The notes: generated by a model from the sequence alone, not told the origin. A stretch of DNA of 64,000 nt from Lytechinus pictus (GCF_037042905.1 NC_087245.1:38938001-39002000); one strand, 5' to 3'; shown: positions 13,229 to 26,248, counted from the first letter of the stretch. Program-made: numbers and translations.

Positions 13229-14183
13229 AGATTCCTCCTCAAATAGTTCAGTGTTTCTTATCACGCTATGGACGTTTAAGAGAAAATATCTACGTATCTA
13301 CTAAAGATCTACTAAAGATGAATGGAAACACTATTGCGATTTACGCCCTCTGCCGGTAAAAACCATATATTTCACTCAAGACAACACCCACCACGCATTT
13401 ACTTGCAGATCTTGTATTAACAATGAGTTCTAAGGATATACATCGTAGAAACATTCTAAGCCGGAATTTTTAATGAATCATTACAAAATATTCTCATGAA
13501 GTAGTGCAATGCCATAAATGCCACTCTTTACTCAGAGCTTTCTCTTGAAATATACCCAATAACCAACGGTGCAAGGGAATCTCAAATTGAACAATGATTT
13601 TGATAGAAGCAGAAAATATTTTCTGGATATGGCTTCATCAAATAATAAGAATGAAATATAGATGAATAAATGTTAAAAAAAAAAATAACAAAACAAGAAT
13701 CATTACATGTGAATTTGTTCATCATCAACTTGCTTCTACAAAACAATGAAAACAAACAATATCACTGAAACAGACCAATACTGCATAATCATAAATGTAT
13801 CATTTATTCGTCCCTCTGCGTCACCCTTTTTCTCCACATATAATAAAGCCATTATTATATAAGATATCTTTCTACTCGAAGAACTACATACGCCATACAC
13901 TACACAACGAATCACAGAATGCACATGAAATAGGCTACTCTACCACGAAAGTATTGCAGATAAGATTAAGATTGAGTTAGTCAATGATATATATATCCTG
14001 GCAAGCACAATTATAATAATTTTTTTCTTGTGTTTGCCATAATTGCATATACAGAAAACATAGTGAAAATCAACAAAGCATGTAAAGATAAAATAGGTTC
14101 TTGTACTGTTGCACATGGGATGCATATGTGGTGTCCCATCTATATATACTTGTGACTATTAAATGTAATGCTTGCGACTATTA

Positions 14184-14992
14184 GGGTGCGTTTATCCGCC
14201 ACTTTTTTACCCTAGAATCATGATCTGAATCATGATTCAAATCATGATTCTGCAGAATCACGATTGCGTTTAGTCGAAATTGAATATAATCATGATTAGA
14301 ATCACAAACATGGAACACAAAAAAAGGGGCGTTTGGAAAGACGTTTTTGCAGAATCACGTACGAAAATGTTCGAATAAACGATATCGTGATTTGAATCAT
14401 GATTCTATATGACCTCACTGTGTCGGGCTACTTTCGGTTTGACTATTGCCAAGCTCAAGGCGCTCTATATGCTCATTGTATGTACATGATTATGTACTAT
14501 GCATGCATTTCTTGTCATGTTCAAGTTCTGTGTTGGTCATCGCATTGTCCACTACTGTTCATTTTTTGGTTATGTCTTCAACTTCAAGTTCTAGTAAATG
14601 AATTAACTGGACAGACAATGATCTCAGTTGTTGTTGAGTATACAGTATCAATATTAAATTGGATCTACGCTGAAATTCACTTCCGAACACCATTTTGGAT
14701 AAACTAACAAGATGAATAGAAGCATATGGACCCTATATGATAGAAGTAAACAAAATGAATTCTGGAAGCAAAAGATTTTTCGAGAGCCGAAACACGTGCA
14801 AAAAACTTCCTCTGTCAAACTGCGCACTAGTGATGCGCACTGGATTGGCCCGAATCTGAGGAGAAACAGCATTGGAATGAAGGTCGTCTAAACGCTCATT
14901 CTGTGATATTGTGATTCATGTTTGTGTTTTGAATCATGATTCAAATCATGATTCAAATCATGATTCTGGCTTGAGGTCGCATAAACGCAGCA
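14184..14992. mobile_element. PIF/Harbinger-like non-autonomous element, copy 1
   Basis: TIR GGGTGCGTTTAT / ATAAACGCAGCA; 3-bp TSD TTA; subterminal GAATCATGATTC palindromes; near-identical to 39066-39880. Confidence 0.85.
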
Positions 14993-16599
14993 TTAGATGA
15001 ATGTATTACTGTACATCTATCCAAACATATATGCTACATTGTTTGGCCCCTGGAGTAAAATGGAAGAAATATCCAGAATAAAAAGGTGTGAATTCAAGAG
15101 AAATATCAAATGAAAAAAAAAAGTAGACAATCACAGAATAAGACTAAAAAGGAGAATGAAAACAGAGATGTATGCCAAGATGAAAATAATACCAAGTAGA
15201 ACAAAGCTGGAAAAAAACATTGATACATGATAACTATAAACTCTGAACATAATGATTACAGTCTGATGCTAACACTAACATTTAAGTGTGTAACAATGAG
15301 CATAAAGTAAGGAGTATATAGTAAACAAAGACATGCAACTGTTAAACCCTAGAAAGACATACTAAAATTCCATAATAATCCTAGATTATGTAATCATGGA
15401 AAAGTGACCGGAAAAGCTTACTCATTTAAAAGCTATACCACATGTATCAGTGTACACATATTCTCTGAAAAGTTTATATAAAAATATATATATATCTAAA
15501 AAGACAGATGTAAATGATATATTTCCCAGTTATGTGATATAATATACAAGATATAATACTAAAGTACATGTGAATAAGGCATAAACAGCATTAATGTAAA
15601 TAGGAACTGCTATAAACATTTGATTATCAAACAGATGAATTGAGTCTTTTATCCTAGCTTCAGCTCACAATTGATTCTTTAATAATTGTTATGCTCAATA
15701 ATTATTGTTGCATATTATGTTCGACGTCTGGAACTCAATGATATATCCGTTAGGTTATTACTGACTTAATAATAATAATACCACATAATAATAATAATAA
15801 TATTGAAACCAAATAATAATCTAAATTCAAGCTTACATATTAAATTAATAAATTATCAAAGTGTTTAATTAATAAGAATTCATGCTTTAATTATCATGTA
15901 TCATTACTTCACATTTAATATCTATCATACTTTCATCAACACATTTAAAGTTTACATTACATTCAATACTTTTATGATTATGCTTTTTTCTTTTTTGTAA
16001 CATTGATGTAGTATTAACAACATCTACACTATGCCTTCATTAGTACGGCAATACTTCCAAAAGTTACATAGAATATAGATACTGATTCATGTGTTTGAAC
16101 TAGATGGATTCTCGACTGCGCGCAATTGAAATTCACATCTCCATCATTGAGATTTTAAATACTAAGTATATTGCACACTTAACTTCAAAAATAAAAATCT
16201 GATCAGATCACTCCCTTAGCTATTCATGAACAAATATGAATTCTAAAACGAATGTTCTAGCTAATGTGATGAGCCGTGATCTTCATGACCTTTGACCTTC
16301 TGACTCCGAATCGGATGAGATCATTACATATTTAATCCATTATTCATCAAAGGGGGCTTCATTTATTGTAAGGATAAGCAATTTTCATATGCATATGCAT
16401 GACCTCTGTGACCTTTGGCCTCGACCTCATCAATTCTATTTTGGTCACATCATTGTCATTCCCATATGCAAATAGAGGTAATTCCGCCCAAGTCAAAATT
16501 TTTTTTTTTGGGGTGGGACCACTGAAATCTGTTCAACTTTGTAGGAAAATTTGACTTATAAGAGGTATGTATCACATGTTTTGAATAATCTTCATTTAT

Positions 16600-16945
16600 G
16601 ACCAAATTATATCACCCATTATTTACACCCCAATCTTTGTTCAATCACTGACACATGCGGACTTTGCATTCCCTTGTCAAAACTCCCCTCTGCCCAAAAA
16701 CGTTTTGCGGCAGCAGCCAAGACTTGGAATGCCATCCCTCTTCCAATAAGAAATGCTTCCAGTATTCTTGGCTTCAAATCTTCCCTCAAGACATACCTTT
16801 TTCCTCAAGAATTAATTTCCCTTTTTATCTCGAATGACTGATTGTGGTTATTATTGCAAATGTTAAGTTATTATTCATACATTGTTCGCGCGATGGTACT
16901 TTTTGTTTTTAGCGCCTCTAAATATCCATAATTATTATTATTATG
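16600..16945 (+). mobile_element. L2/CR1-clade LINE 3' fragment
   Basis: Translates to ...KRFAAAAKTWNAIPLPIRNASSILGFKSSLKTYLF, typical of the L2/CR1 ORF2 C-terminus, followed by a 3'UTR and (ATT)n tail. Confidence 0.75.
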
Positions 16946-17099
16946 ATATTCTTTGTTAAAATATTCATTATGATTTTCCTTCATGTTGACACATTCTTTT
17001 CTAGATGCAATGATTTGTTTTTCAAAATTTTGTTGTTATATGATTTTCTTGATAAGTTTGACTGGCACAGATTGCAACTGATTTTGTTTATTTTACTAT

Positions 17100-17270
17100 T
17101 ACTATCTTTTTTTTATTTTGTATATATATGTTTGTAATTCTATGTGTTTTTATGTTATGCAGGGCCCCCTTGTAAAACAGTATTTAAATTACTGATGGGG
17201 CTACCATGTTGAAATAAAACTAAATGAACAAATAAATAGATAAATGAATGAATAAATAAATAAATAAATC
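17100..17270 (+). mobile_element. Probable LINE 3' end with (TAAA/TGAA)n tail
   Basis: gggccccc...ggggc stem, AATAAA, then an aataaat/gaatgaat tandem tail. Confidence 0.5.
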
Positions 17271-17524
17271 TTGTTTAAAAGATTGTTTTGACTTAGGCGA
17301 TTATTTGACTTATGGAAGGTCGACTTCGGCAGAGTTACCTGTATGAGCCGAGGATGAAGTTGATCTGTTTTACAGTTCTTGAGTAATGGTGAGAATAAGA
17401 TACATCTATTTGTACATATCACCAGACATTTAACTCAGATAACTGTCACTCCCGTATGGGTATACATGCACCACATTTGCGGTAGATCTGTAAAACAATT
17501 CTTCCATTCTTGCGTGAATGAAAA

Positions 17525-17596
17525 CGGGACGGACAGACGATGACCGAAGGACATACTGCCTCCTGCAGCCACCTATGGTGGCAGGAGGCATGAAAA
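17525..17596 (+). mobile_element. 3' end of a Helentron/DINE-1-like non-autonomous element
   Basis: GACGGACAGACG microsatellite, GC-rich hairpin tgcctcctgc...cacc-tat-ggtg-gcaggaggca, then TGAAAA; TGACCTTTGACC motifs upstream at about 16290 and 16410. Confidence 0.5.
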
Positions 17597-20370
17597 TCGA
17601 AATTGAAAATGGATTAGAAATACAATAATACTATACAAATGCATCATAGAAGTACTGATTTCATTTGAATACAAATAGATAGAAAAATTGTTCCCTTAAG
17701 TCAAGTGCACATAACTCTCTGAAGAGTATTAAAGTACATCAATATAATCAAAGGTGATTATGAATAGTACCATATTTTACAAATTGATTAATTATTTTGT
17801 TTATTAATATTTAGTCAAATTTTCTGCTTATGTGTAAGTATGTCCATATGACCCCCTAAATGGGGGCCTCCCCGACATGCTTTGTGATATTTAATTGTGA
17901 AGTCAGGTGATAAAATACTAGTATATTTTATTCAATGAAGTTCGTTTCTCTTGGCTGGCCAAACATTCTAGTGTTGTTGTCTACATTTGACACTCGGCAT
18001 GAAGGAGTGCATTTTGCGGTGGAGTTCACTAACTTTTGAGTACAACTGTATTTTGGTTAAGAAGCATGGCAAATGTAAAATACACGACACATTTCTTCTC
18101 TCTTCAAACTACTGTCACTTACGTCGAATGACCTGATGACCTTTGATTTGAGGTCATTATACAAAATTGCAAAGAAATTGATTATTCATAAGGATATGAT
18201 GGTCTGTAAAAGAGCAAAAAGATATATTTTGGGGGCATTTCATAGTCCATCAAAGGGAAAGTTGTCCACATGTAACATCACACATCTTTGTCGCATTGCC
18301 AATGAGAGGATGTCCATAGCATTAGTAATCGTAATATTCAAATGCTCATAACTTTCTCATTATTTGTGCGATTTTCCTCAAACTTTCTTTGTTCTTCTTC
18401 TTTCATTTTTCTGTGTCCACACAAGGCCACTTGTTCCATAGGTTTCATTCCCCTTTAAAAATAGTACCCCCTACGAGGTGTTCCCTTACGGCCTCACATA
18501 CATACACAGGCTTCTTTTAAGAGGTCCTGGCTCATTTATATTAATCTGTATTAACTGTGTATGTTCTTGATTGTAATGTTTGCCAAAGAAACTGAACTGA
18601 ATAAGCCTGTTCACGGTTGTAAACTGCGCACGAGCAGAAAAAGGTCATTGGAGACAACCATGAAGGTGGCTTTCAAATTCACTGACATAGGCATTTGTGA
18701 TTTGATGATTATTCATGTATTCCTTTCAAAATATTTATCACGTCCAAGCTGAAGAGTAATAAATAGAGCCTTCATAATCACTGGTATTTGACAGTAGCCT
18801 AAACAATAGTCAAATGTGCCAAAGGCAGACAATAAAACAGATTTCCAAACTTTATCCCTGATGGACTATTCTAGTCACCTGGTCTACATGGTCTATACAA
18901 TGCCTTTTGTTCTTAGAATTTGAATACTCTACCGGTAAAGATTACGCAACATCTACATTTGAAAATGATAGTGCTTATCCTAATGAAAAATCACAAAGGT
19001 CATTTGAGAAAAGTTGATCATGAGCTAACCGTGAACTGGCTTATTGAATAGCTTCGGCATTAACTTGTGCAATAGTCAGATCAATCAGTGCATGTAAATA
19101 TCTTGAGAACATAACTATCAATCATTCACATTAGAATAATAATAACATTCCCAACAACAGTCAGACTCACATATGTAAGTGACTTTGGTTATCCTGCCAA
19201 CATTACCATCAATCATTTACATTAAACAATGTTCAACATTTTTACAATAGTTACTGCAGAATATAAAGAGAAATAAAACAAATAATGCATAGTAATAATC
19301 ATCATCCGAGTACTGATTTATTTAGTGTCAGGAAGCAAACACATATTCAACTCTGTGTATTTCATTAACATAGTATTTTTCTTATTATCAATAAGGCACT
19401 TTTAACCTCACAAACTATCCAGCCCCCAATAAGCATAAGGCAGTCGTAAAAATGTTCAAAATTAGAGATAAAGGTGCATTTCATGTCTATCATTTACCTC
19501 ACACAATGATACGCTTATGCATAAAGACAGTCACCTTCACTGTTGGTGAAGGTGATGGGTAAACTATCACGAGGCAAGCCGGATGTAGCTATCTTTCCGA
19601 AGCAAAGCTGAGGAAAGATAGCGTGTACATCCAGCTTGCATAGAAAGTGATAGTTTGCCTCGTCACCTGAAATCAAGAGGAGATTATATGCTTTAAATTC
19701 CGCATCGAGAACCACTATAAATGAAGATGCCAATATCAATACGTCTCTAAAAGAATTTATTTTTTAAATCAAGGTTTCCTTTGAAAAAAAGATCCATCGA
19801 GACGATTATGCTTGTTTTAATGCTAGCGAGTGTGTAAACTGCGCAAGCATCTGAGATCTTGCTCCAACAAGATTTATTGTGATCTCACAAATGAACTTTA
19901 CCATCACAACAAAAAAATCGAGGGGCAATGCACCTTTTTGCATTTATGTACACTGCATGCGCCCATCTAGATCTTGCACGATCGTCACTGCAGGTGATGG
20001 AGAATGATGGACCAAAAAAATAGAGTGGCAAAATTCGCACATACTCCAACTAATTCACAAAGCGTTATGACCCTATGGGCTGAAAAAGATCAGCGAAACA
20101 AAAAAGGACCATCACTGCGAGTGATGATTGATGGGGAAACTACCCTATATCACGTGACCGAATTCTGACCAATCCTGTAGCAAGATTCTGAGTACGTGGA
20201 ATATAAAATAGTATAATACCATACAATGTTATTATCAGTCTGTGTACAGAACAAATGTTTAAATATTGTCATTTTATTGCATTCTTGCTATATCTTTCTG
20301 CACTGTTGAATAGATATATTCCAGAATTATGAAATAATGATTACTTTTGTAATTGTTGAATCTAAGCATA

Positions 20371-20650
20371 GAGGTGTTGTGGCTCAGTGGATAAGTCTCC
20401 AGATTTTGGATCCCAAGGTCTGGGGTTTGAGCCCCACCACAGCACTTGGTTCCTATGGCAAGGTGTAAATCTACATTTGCCACTCTCCACCCAGGGTATT
20501 ACAAGGGTACCCGGTAGAAAGAAATTCCTTGAATGCTCGAAATGTCCGATCAGGGTGGCCGTGCTAAAGCCTGGGTAATATTATGCAGCGCTTAGCCTTA
20601 GAAACATTTACTAAGTGCTTTATAGATGTTGCATATTATTATTATTATTT
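20371..20650 (+). mobile_element. tRNA-derived SINE
   Basis: A-box TGGCTCAGTGG, B-box-like GGTTTGAGCCC, body CTCCACCCAGG...GGGTACC, (ATT)n tail. Confidence 0.8.
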
Positions 20651-20680
20651 ATTATCATTTTTTTTTTTTTTTTTCATTTT

Positions 20681-20719
20681 GCCTCCGACGAAGATTCTGC
20701 TAGGATCGAAAGCTTAGGC
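20681..20719 (+). ncRNA. Variant minimal hammerhead ribozyme-like motif (Penelope-like terminal relic, family 2)
   Basis: gcct-CCGACGA-a-GATTC tgcta GGATC-GAAA-GC-TT-aggc: 4-bp helix I, 5-bp helix II, palindromic AGCT helix III; U4 replaced by C. Confidence 0.5.
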
Positions 20720-21069
20720 CCCTTTTTGACTTTCTAATTTACTCCATTGGCTCTCTTTTATTAGATAGGCAGTTTTCAGCAGCTTCTTTTTGCCATTATT
20801 ATTATTTAGTAGGAATTAATTCCCTGAACTTAATCTCTTGTAGGTTAACATCAAAGACACACATGTGCTATAGAAATATATAATTAACATAAACTCCTTT
20901 TATCATTAAAACTATGGCTCTGAATAGTACTCCTCTGATATAATACATTTACATGTTTATTCATGTAAAATTTGAAAATAATCTCTGCTTAATACCAAAT
21001 ATCATGTAAGTCCACCTAACATAGTTCAAAAAGCATTTCCATTTTAAGATTTAAATTGGTAGTGATTTT

Positions 21070-21263
21070 TTACATGATTGCAAAGAAAGCATGAATGCTT
21101 GTAAGCAGCAACCAGAGGACAGACAGCTTAAGGTCCTCTCCAAGGGACCTGGTAATGAGGATTTAAATGCCTTACCAAAGGGCACTAGCGCACCAATCGT
21201 GAATCGAACCCGGGTCACCGGAATACGAAATCCCCGCTCTAACGACTGAGCTATCGCGCCTCC
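21070..21263 (-). mobile_element. tRNA-derived SINE
   Basis: Minus strand has A-box TAGCTCAGTCGTTAGAGC and B-box GGTTCGATTC, followed by a non-tRNA body. Confidence 0.8.
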
Positions 21264-21959
21264 TCAGAAAACAATATAAAAGAAATGACAAAACTAATAA
21301 GTTATCAAATGAGAGAGGATATATTTACCAAGATTCAACAGTTTTGTAAACTGTGATTTTTTTTGTGGTCACCTTAAATGATTTCGATCCTCGACCTTTG
21401 ACCTTCTATAACAGTAAGTTGTGAATGGAAGAATTATAAATGATACTAACATACAAGTCAACCTTCTGATTATTAGTCCTGATGGCACTTTGTTAGCAAA
21501 AATAATTCACTGCACCAAAATGCAATGATCTGATTTATGAATACATTTGCAGCTGAAAATTTGCATCCTTATGATAGTCATTTTCAAGGCAAGAAACAAT
21601 TATAAAAAAGAAAATCCTGTGCTGTGACCCAATATCTATACTCACTGAAATTTAGTGTCCCCCTACTGAATATGTTCACAACACAAAAAGCTGTTGCCAT
21701 GTTGTTTCATAACCTTTTTTTCTTTCAAGTCTCCGCAGCTTCTAAAGCCAAATTGGCAACATCTGTGGTTCTCTAGTTATGCAATATTTTGTAAGTACAT
21801 GTCCGGCCCCAAATTGCTCAAGAATGTGATTTGATTTACAAATCCAATCTCATCCACCCATAAATGAAATGGGGAAAGTGTCATGGATGCAAAATGTTCT
21901 CACAGGACAGTTTCATTGAGAATGTTGTAACGAAGCTGAATGCTGACGGCTCTCTGGTC

Positions 21960-22053
21960 TCATATATACATCTCCGTTCCATCATCATCCCCGTCTTCAG
22001 GGTTATTGGTGGAAATCCAACGTCCGATGGAGGACGCAAGGGCAGCTACCCAT
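21960..22053 (-). CDS. PDZ-PH-PH gene, last coding exon (PH2 C-terminal helix and tail)
   Basis: Acceptor ctccatgatag; phase 2 gives RWVAALASSIGRWISTNNPEDGDDDGTEMYI*; contains the PH-domain conserved Trp. Confidence 0.88.
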
Positions 22054-22249
22054 CTATCATGGAGAAGTGAAAAAAAAATTAATTTGATACAATATTCACA
22101 TCATACATCATTCTCGAAAATCATTCTATACAACATTTTCTCTTTAGTTACTGAATTTATTGACCACACGAGGAGTGAGTCATTTACACTTTCATCAATT
22201 GAGTGCCCAAAGTAGACCTAAATGTATCATATCCTGATTATATGAGAAT

Positions 22250-22462
22250 CATGATGATGATGATGATGGTGATGATGGTGATGATGATGAAGATGATGAA
22301 GATGATGATTGTGATGATGGTGATGATGGTGATGATGATGATTGTGATGATGATTGTGATGATAATGATGAAGATTGTGATGACGATGATGGTGGTGATG
22401 ATGATGATGGTGATGATGCTGAAGATGAGGATGATGATGATGGCGATGATGGTGATGATGAG
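22250..22462. repeat. (GAT)n microsatellite
   Basis: Imperfect GAT/GGT triplet run in the last intron. Confidence 0.95.
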
Positions 22463-22529
22463 TAGGAACATGGATAGGAGGATTACGATGGCATCGAGGT
22501 GATTTTGTGGTGCTGATGCTATGGCAGTG

Positions 22530-22597
22530 TTGAAGACGGACAGTAAACCTGCCCGTAACGTTGAGTCTTCCAACCTGCTCCAAGCCTGCCTTCTCTC
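22530..22597 (+). mobile_element. Degenerate Penelope-like/hammerhead relic (family 1)
   Basis: ttgaagacggacagtaaacctgcccgtaacgttgagtc is a mutated copy of 59494-59531. Confidence 0.7.
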
Positions 22598-22737
22598 AAT
22601 GAATTTATGGATATACATTCGTATCTAGAAAGTTTTTTTAACAAACATGCATTTTATTTGTTTGACTTTGCTGGCTTTCCATAGTTGTGATTGATCAGAT
22701 CAATAGCAATTCTTTGTAAGATGGGCCCCAGAATTAC

Positions 22738-22873
22738 CTTTTCCGATCCGTGTCATGATCAGCAAAGAAGTAGAATTCTCGAAGCTCCTCATCGGGTGGT
22801 TTGAGGATGAAGGCAAACTTCTTACCCTTCAGCTCCGTCTCTTGAAGGCTGTAACCATGGAGATGGACCACGC
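22738..22873 (-). CDS. PDZ-PH-PH gene exon (PH2)
   Basis: ttttcttacccag acceptor, GVVHLHGYSLQETELKGKKFAFILKPPDEELREFYFFADHDTDRK, donor GTAATT; phase 1-2. Confidence 0.92.
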
Positions 22874-22918
22874 CTGGGTAAGAAAACGATTCACATTAGG
22901 AAGAAATATAAACATAAT

Positions 22919-23310
22919 GGCCCGAATTCACAATGGTGGCTTCTAAAACCCTCGGTTGAACCCATGGTTTATGCATATTTCCAGTATAAATTACGCTTAT
23001 TTACCGCGTACATTAAAAAATTCCAATGCTGAAGCGCGCTTTGTCGCAACGTGCCAAATTGACGCCTGTTGCCGTGGTTATCCGCGCTATTTTATTCATG
23101 AGTCCACTTTTTTGATTAATGAGTCCACTCTTCAAACAGTGGACTCATGAATAAAATAGCGTATCTAACCATGGTAACAGGCTTCAATTTGGCGCACTGT
23201 GACAAAAGCGCGCATCAGCATTGGACGTTTTTTTTATACACGCGTCCGATACGCGCTAAATTAAGGGTAAATTATACAGGAAATCTGCATAAACCATGGA
23301 TTCAACAGTG
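22919..23310. mobile_element. Harbinger-like MITE, right end truncated
   Basis: GGCCCGAATTC start; inverted arms ccatggtttatgca / tgcataaaccatgg and ttattcatgagtccac / gtggactcatgaataa. Confidence 0.6.
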
Positions 23311-23394
23311 TCATTAAAGGAGAATGAATGGAATGACAAAGAGACTGAATAGTTATGTTTGGTCTGGGATCTGTGATGTGACTTTGTAAAATAC

Positions 23395-23624
23395 CTTGTG
23401 CTTCCAGCGCGTTCATCTCCTTGAAGTAATAGAGACAGGCATCTTTGAGGACGCAGTAGCGTCTCCGAGGATTCTTCATCTTGCCGTTCCACTTGGTTAT
23501 GTACCCAGTGCATTCTGGGTCCTTGATGGACAGGGCCGGTATACTAACGTTGTGGGTGCTGATATCGAGCCAGACGTCCGTCTTGTGGTTCGGGTTGGCT
23601 GCATCGTTAATCGCTTTGCCCCAA
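23395..23624 (-). CDS. PDZ-PH-PH gene exon (end of PH1, start of PH2)
   Basis: WGKAINDAA...PECTGYITKWNGKMKNPRRRYCVLKDACLYYFKEMNALEAQ; AG/GT borders; phase 2-1. Confidence 0.93.
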
Positions 23625-25075
23625 CTGGGAGGAAGACACGAAAAATGAAATGGGGTCGTGGAGTAATTCCTAACTAAATAAGATAAGTTAAACAATAAAA
23701 AATAAAATTCACCAAAATCTGATGGCTAGTCAAAAGATGACATTTCCTATCAAAATTTGACAATTTTGACATGAAAAACTAATCAAACTTCATCAAAATC
23801 TGATGCAAAGTTAAAAAGATGATAATTCCTATCAAAACCAGACAAAGTTATCACTGAAATATCATCAAAATTCATCAAAATCTTATGTAAATTAAAACAA
23901 AGATGACATTTTAAATTCATTATCCATTTCACTAAGCATATATGCACACCTTGGTTTATATACCAAAGACGAAATGGCTTACATCAAACACAACTTATTT
24001 TGTCTTTTTAAAAACTTTATTATATGATATAAATTTATATAGACGAGAATCTTTTATAAGTTATAACCATTACTTATATCTTTACTTAGGTAATTCATAT
24101 GTTTACCAATATCTAGAAGAAAGATATAATGCTTTGTATGTTATTTACAAAAAGCTTTAGGGATTTTCCCTTTTGTGGCAAACTGATATTACCCATAGAG
24201 GCAGTATGTCCACAAGTTAAACATTTCACCATTTGTAGAGTTTAAACATATTTACTTAGAAGAACTGTGCAAATAAAATGGGAGTACTGAGTACATTACA
24301 GATCATCAAATATCAGCTCATCGACTGTTCGAAGCAAGGCAGATAGACAAAATAGATAAATATGATAAGAGAGAGAGGGGAAAGAGAGAAATGGAGAGGG
24401 AAAAAAGAGAGAAGAAGAAAGTGTGAGAAATAGAAAGAAGGACTAGAGAAGGAGACAAACAGACAAAGACAGAGAAAGAGGCAGAGAGAGAGAAGGGGGG
24501 GGGGTAAATATATAATCATGTATATAGAAGGTTTTTAAGCATAGATCAAACAACTAATATCAAGGTTTTAATTCCACTCATTACATCAGAAGTGACAAAT
24601 GGAACATTACAATTGGAAGTTCACAATCACAATACATAAAACATCTGGGTCCCGTAACACAAAGGTTAGCGATTGATCGTACGCTTGATTTTCACGTTTG
24701 ATTGTACATTGTAGTCCATGGAATCAATCGCAGAAAAATTTTCTACGATGATTGCAGGCCCAAGGTAGTCCGCTGTGCAAACCCTTCACTCGAGTAAAGG
24801 GTCTGAATGTGCAGCCTACTCATGCCGTGTGTACTGAATGCCCTCTCCCACAGAACAGCAAGTTTTGTATGTGCTAGTCTTTGCGTGGAGACACACTTGC
24901 TGATCAAAGTTTCAATCGGGTCTGTGCCTGCAGACTAGGCCCTAGGAGTGATTGTAATCAATGGGAAATTCATGTTAACTTTTTTTTTGTCATGAATATC
25001 AAGATTCTAATTGTTGAATTGAACCTTGTTAAATTTCTCAGAAATTATGATGAACGAAGGGGGGATGAAACTTAC

Positions 25076-25221
25076 CTGCTCCTTTCTTCTTCATTGGAGG
25101 TGTAGAATACATACGTCCTAGCGCCCTCTTTGGTTAATTTGAAAGAGAACTGCTTGCCAGCATCCCTCGCCTTTGTTACTGTGTAGTTCTGTAGTACTAT
25201 CGCTCCCTGGGGTAGAACATC
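25076..25221 (-). CDS. PDZ-PH-PH gene exon (PH1)
   Basis: DVLPQGAIVLQNYTVTKARDAGKQFSFKLTKEGARTYVFYTSNEEERS; donor AG|GTAAGT; phase 0-2. Confidence 0.92.
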
Positions 25222-26063
25222 CTACAACAGAGCATCCAAATATGAGAAAATAAATATGTGATTCAGTTATGCCTGTGTATATTACATCCGTACAATTGCG
25301 GGAGCATCGTGAATTCGATTCTTCCATCTACCAAAGGGTCGCAGAAAATATTGCTACATATTTTGATGGTGAAAAATGTGCACCATAACATGCTATCACA
25401 TGTGTCTTGAGTGGAACAAATGTTAAGCGCAAGACGGAATTCATAATCTGATATAAATGGTCAAAATCTATAATAAAAATGTATGAAAAAACATTAATAT
25501 TAATCCTCCTAATGAAAAAATCCCAGACATGGAATATGACAAAGTTTGAAGGATGAAAATATCAAAATCACTGTTTACAGTTGTCTCACAAAATAATGGC
25601 TCTCGGAGAAGTGAATGAATTTCTTAACATTTTCATCATCATCATCCTCGTCATTGATGTCATCATCATCATCAATCCAAACTTTTAAATCCAAACTTGT
25701 CCCTGTGAACGGGGGTGGCCGGGTTCATAAGACTGTAATAGCCTCTGGAGGTCAGCATATATGGTTCATGACAAACAATATTTTCTGGTCATTTTAGACA
25801 TCTTTTTTCAATTTTAATTACATAATCATTGCCAAAAATCTTGGCTTTCATTAAATCAAAGGTCAAGGTAAGTCACCTAAGGTCAAGGTGGAGGTCATTC
25901 AATCGAACAAAGACTCACATCTTCGGTCCAGTAGTAGTAAATATTTTGTGGTCATTTTACTTATACGTAATCTGAGCCAAACATTATCTTGGCTTTCATA
26001 AATCAAAGGTAAAAAAGGTCACCAAAGGTCAAGAGGAGGTCAATCAATCCAACAAAGACTCAC

Positions 26064-26248
26064 ATCTTCGGTCTTGTAGTAGTAGAGGCAGTGGTCATGT
26101 TTCAGAACGAACCACCGTTTCCTCCATTGCTTGATCATACCGGTGCTCGCCAGCTTGTGCATGTATCCACTCATGATGGTCTGATCACCGCGGAGGTTGA
26201 GACTGTTGCATACCATAGTCCCGACAACAAGCACCAACGGCTCGGGAG
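26064..26248 (-). CDS. PDZ-PH-PH gene exon (end of PDZ, start of PH1)
   Basis: APEPLVLVVG...SGYMHKLASTGMIKQWRKRWFVLKHDHCLYYYKTED; donor GTGAGT; phase 1-0. Confidence 0.93.

Noticed and set aside
14399..14707. Duplicated ORF (also at 39326-39583)
   Set aside because: Interior of a MITE; the frame differs between copies and shows no transposase motifs.
20371..21263. tRNA genes (also at 27635 and 45900-45990)
   Set aside because: Only A/B boxes are kept; no intact acceptor stem, and each continues into a SINE body.
22203..22618. Poly-Met/His/Ile ORFs and an alternative acceptor at 22625
   Set aside because: GAT repeat. The alternative exon runs through a repeat relic and lacks the PH-domain Trp helix supplied by 21960-22053.
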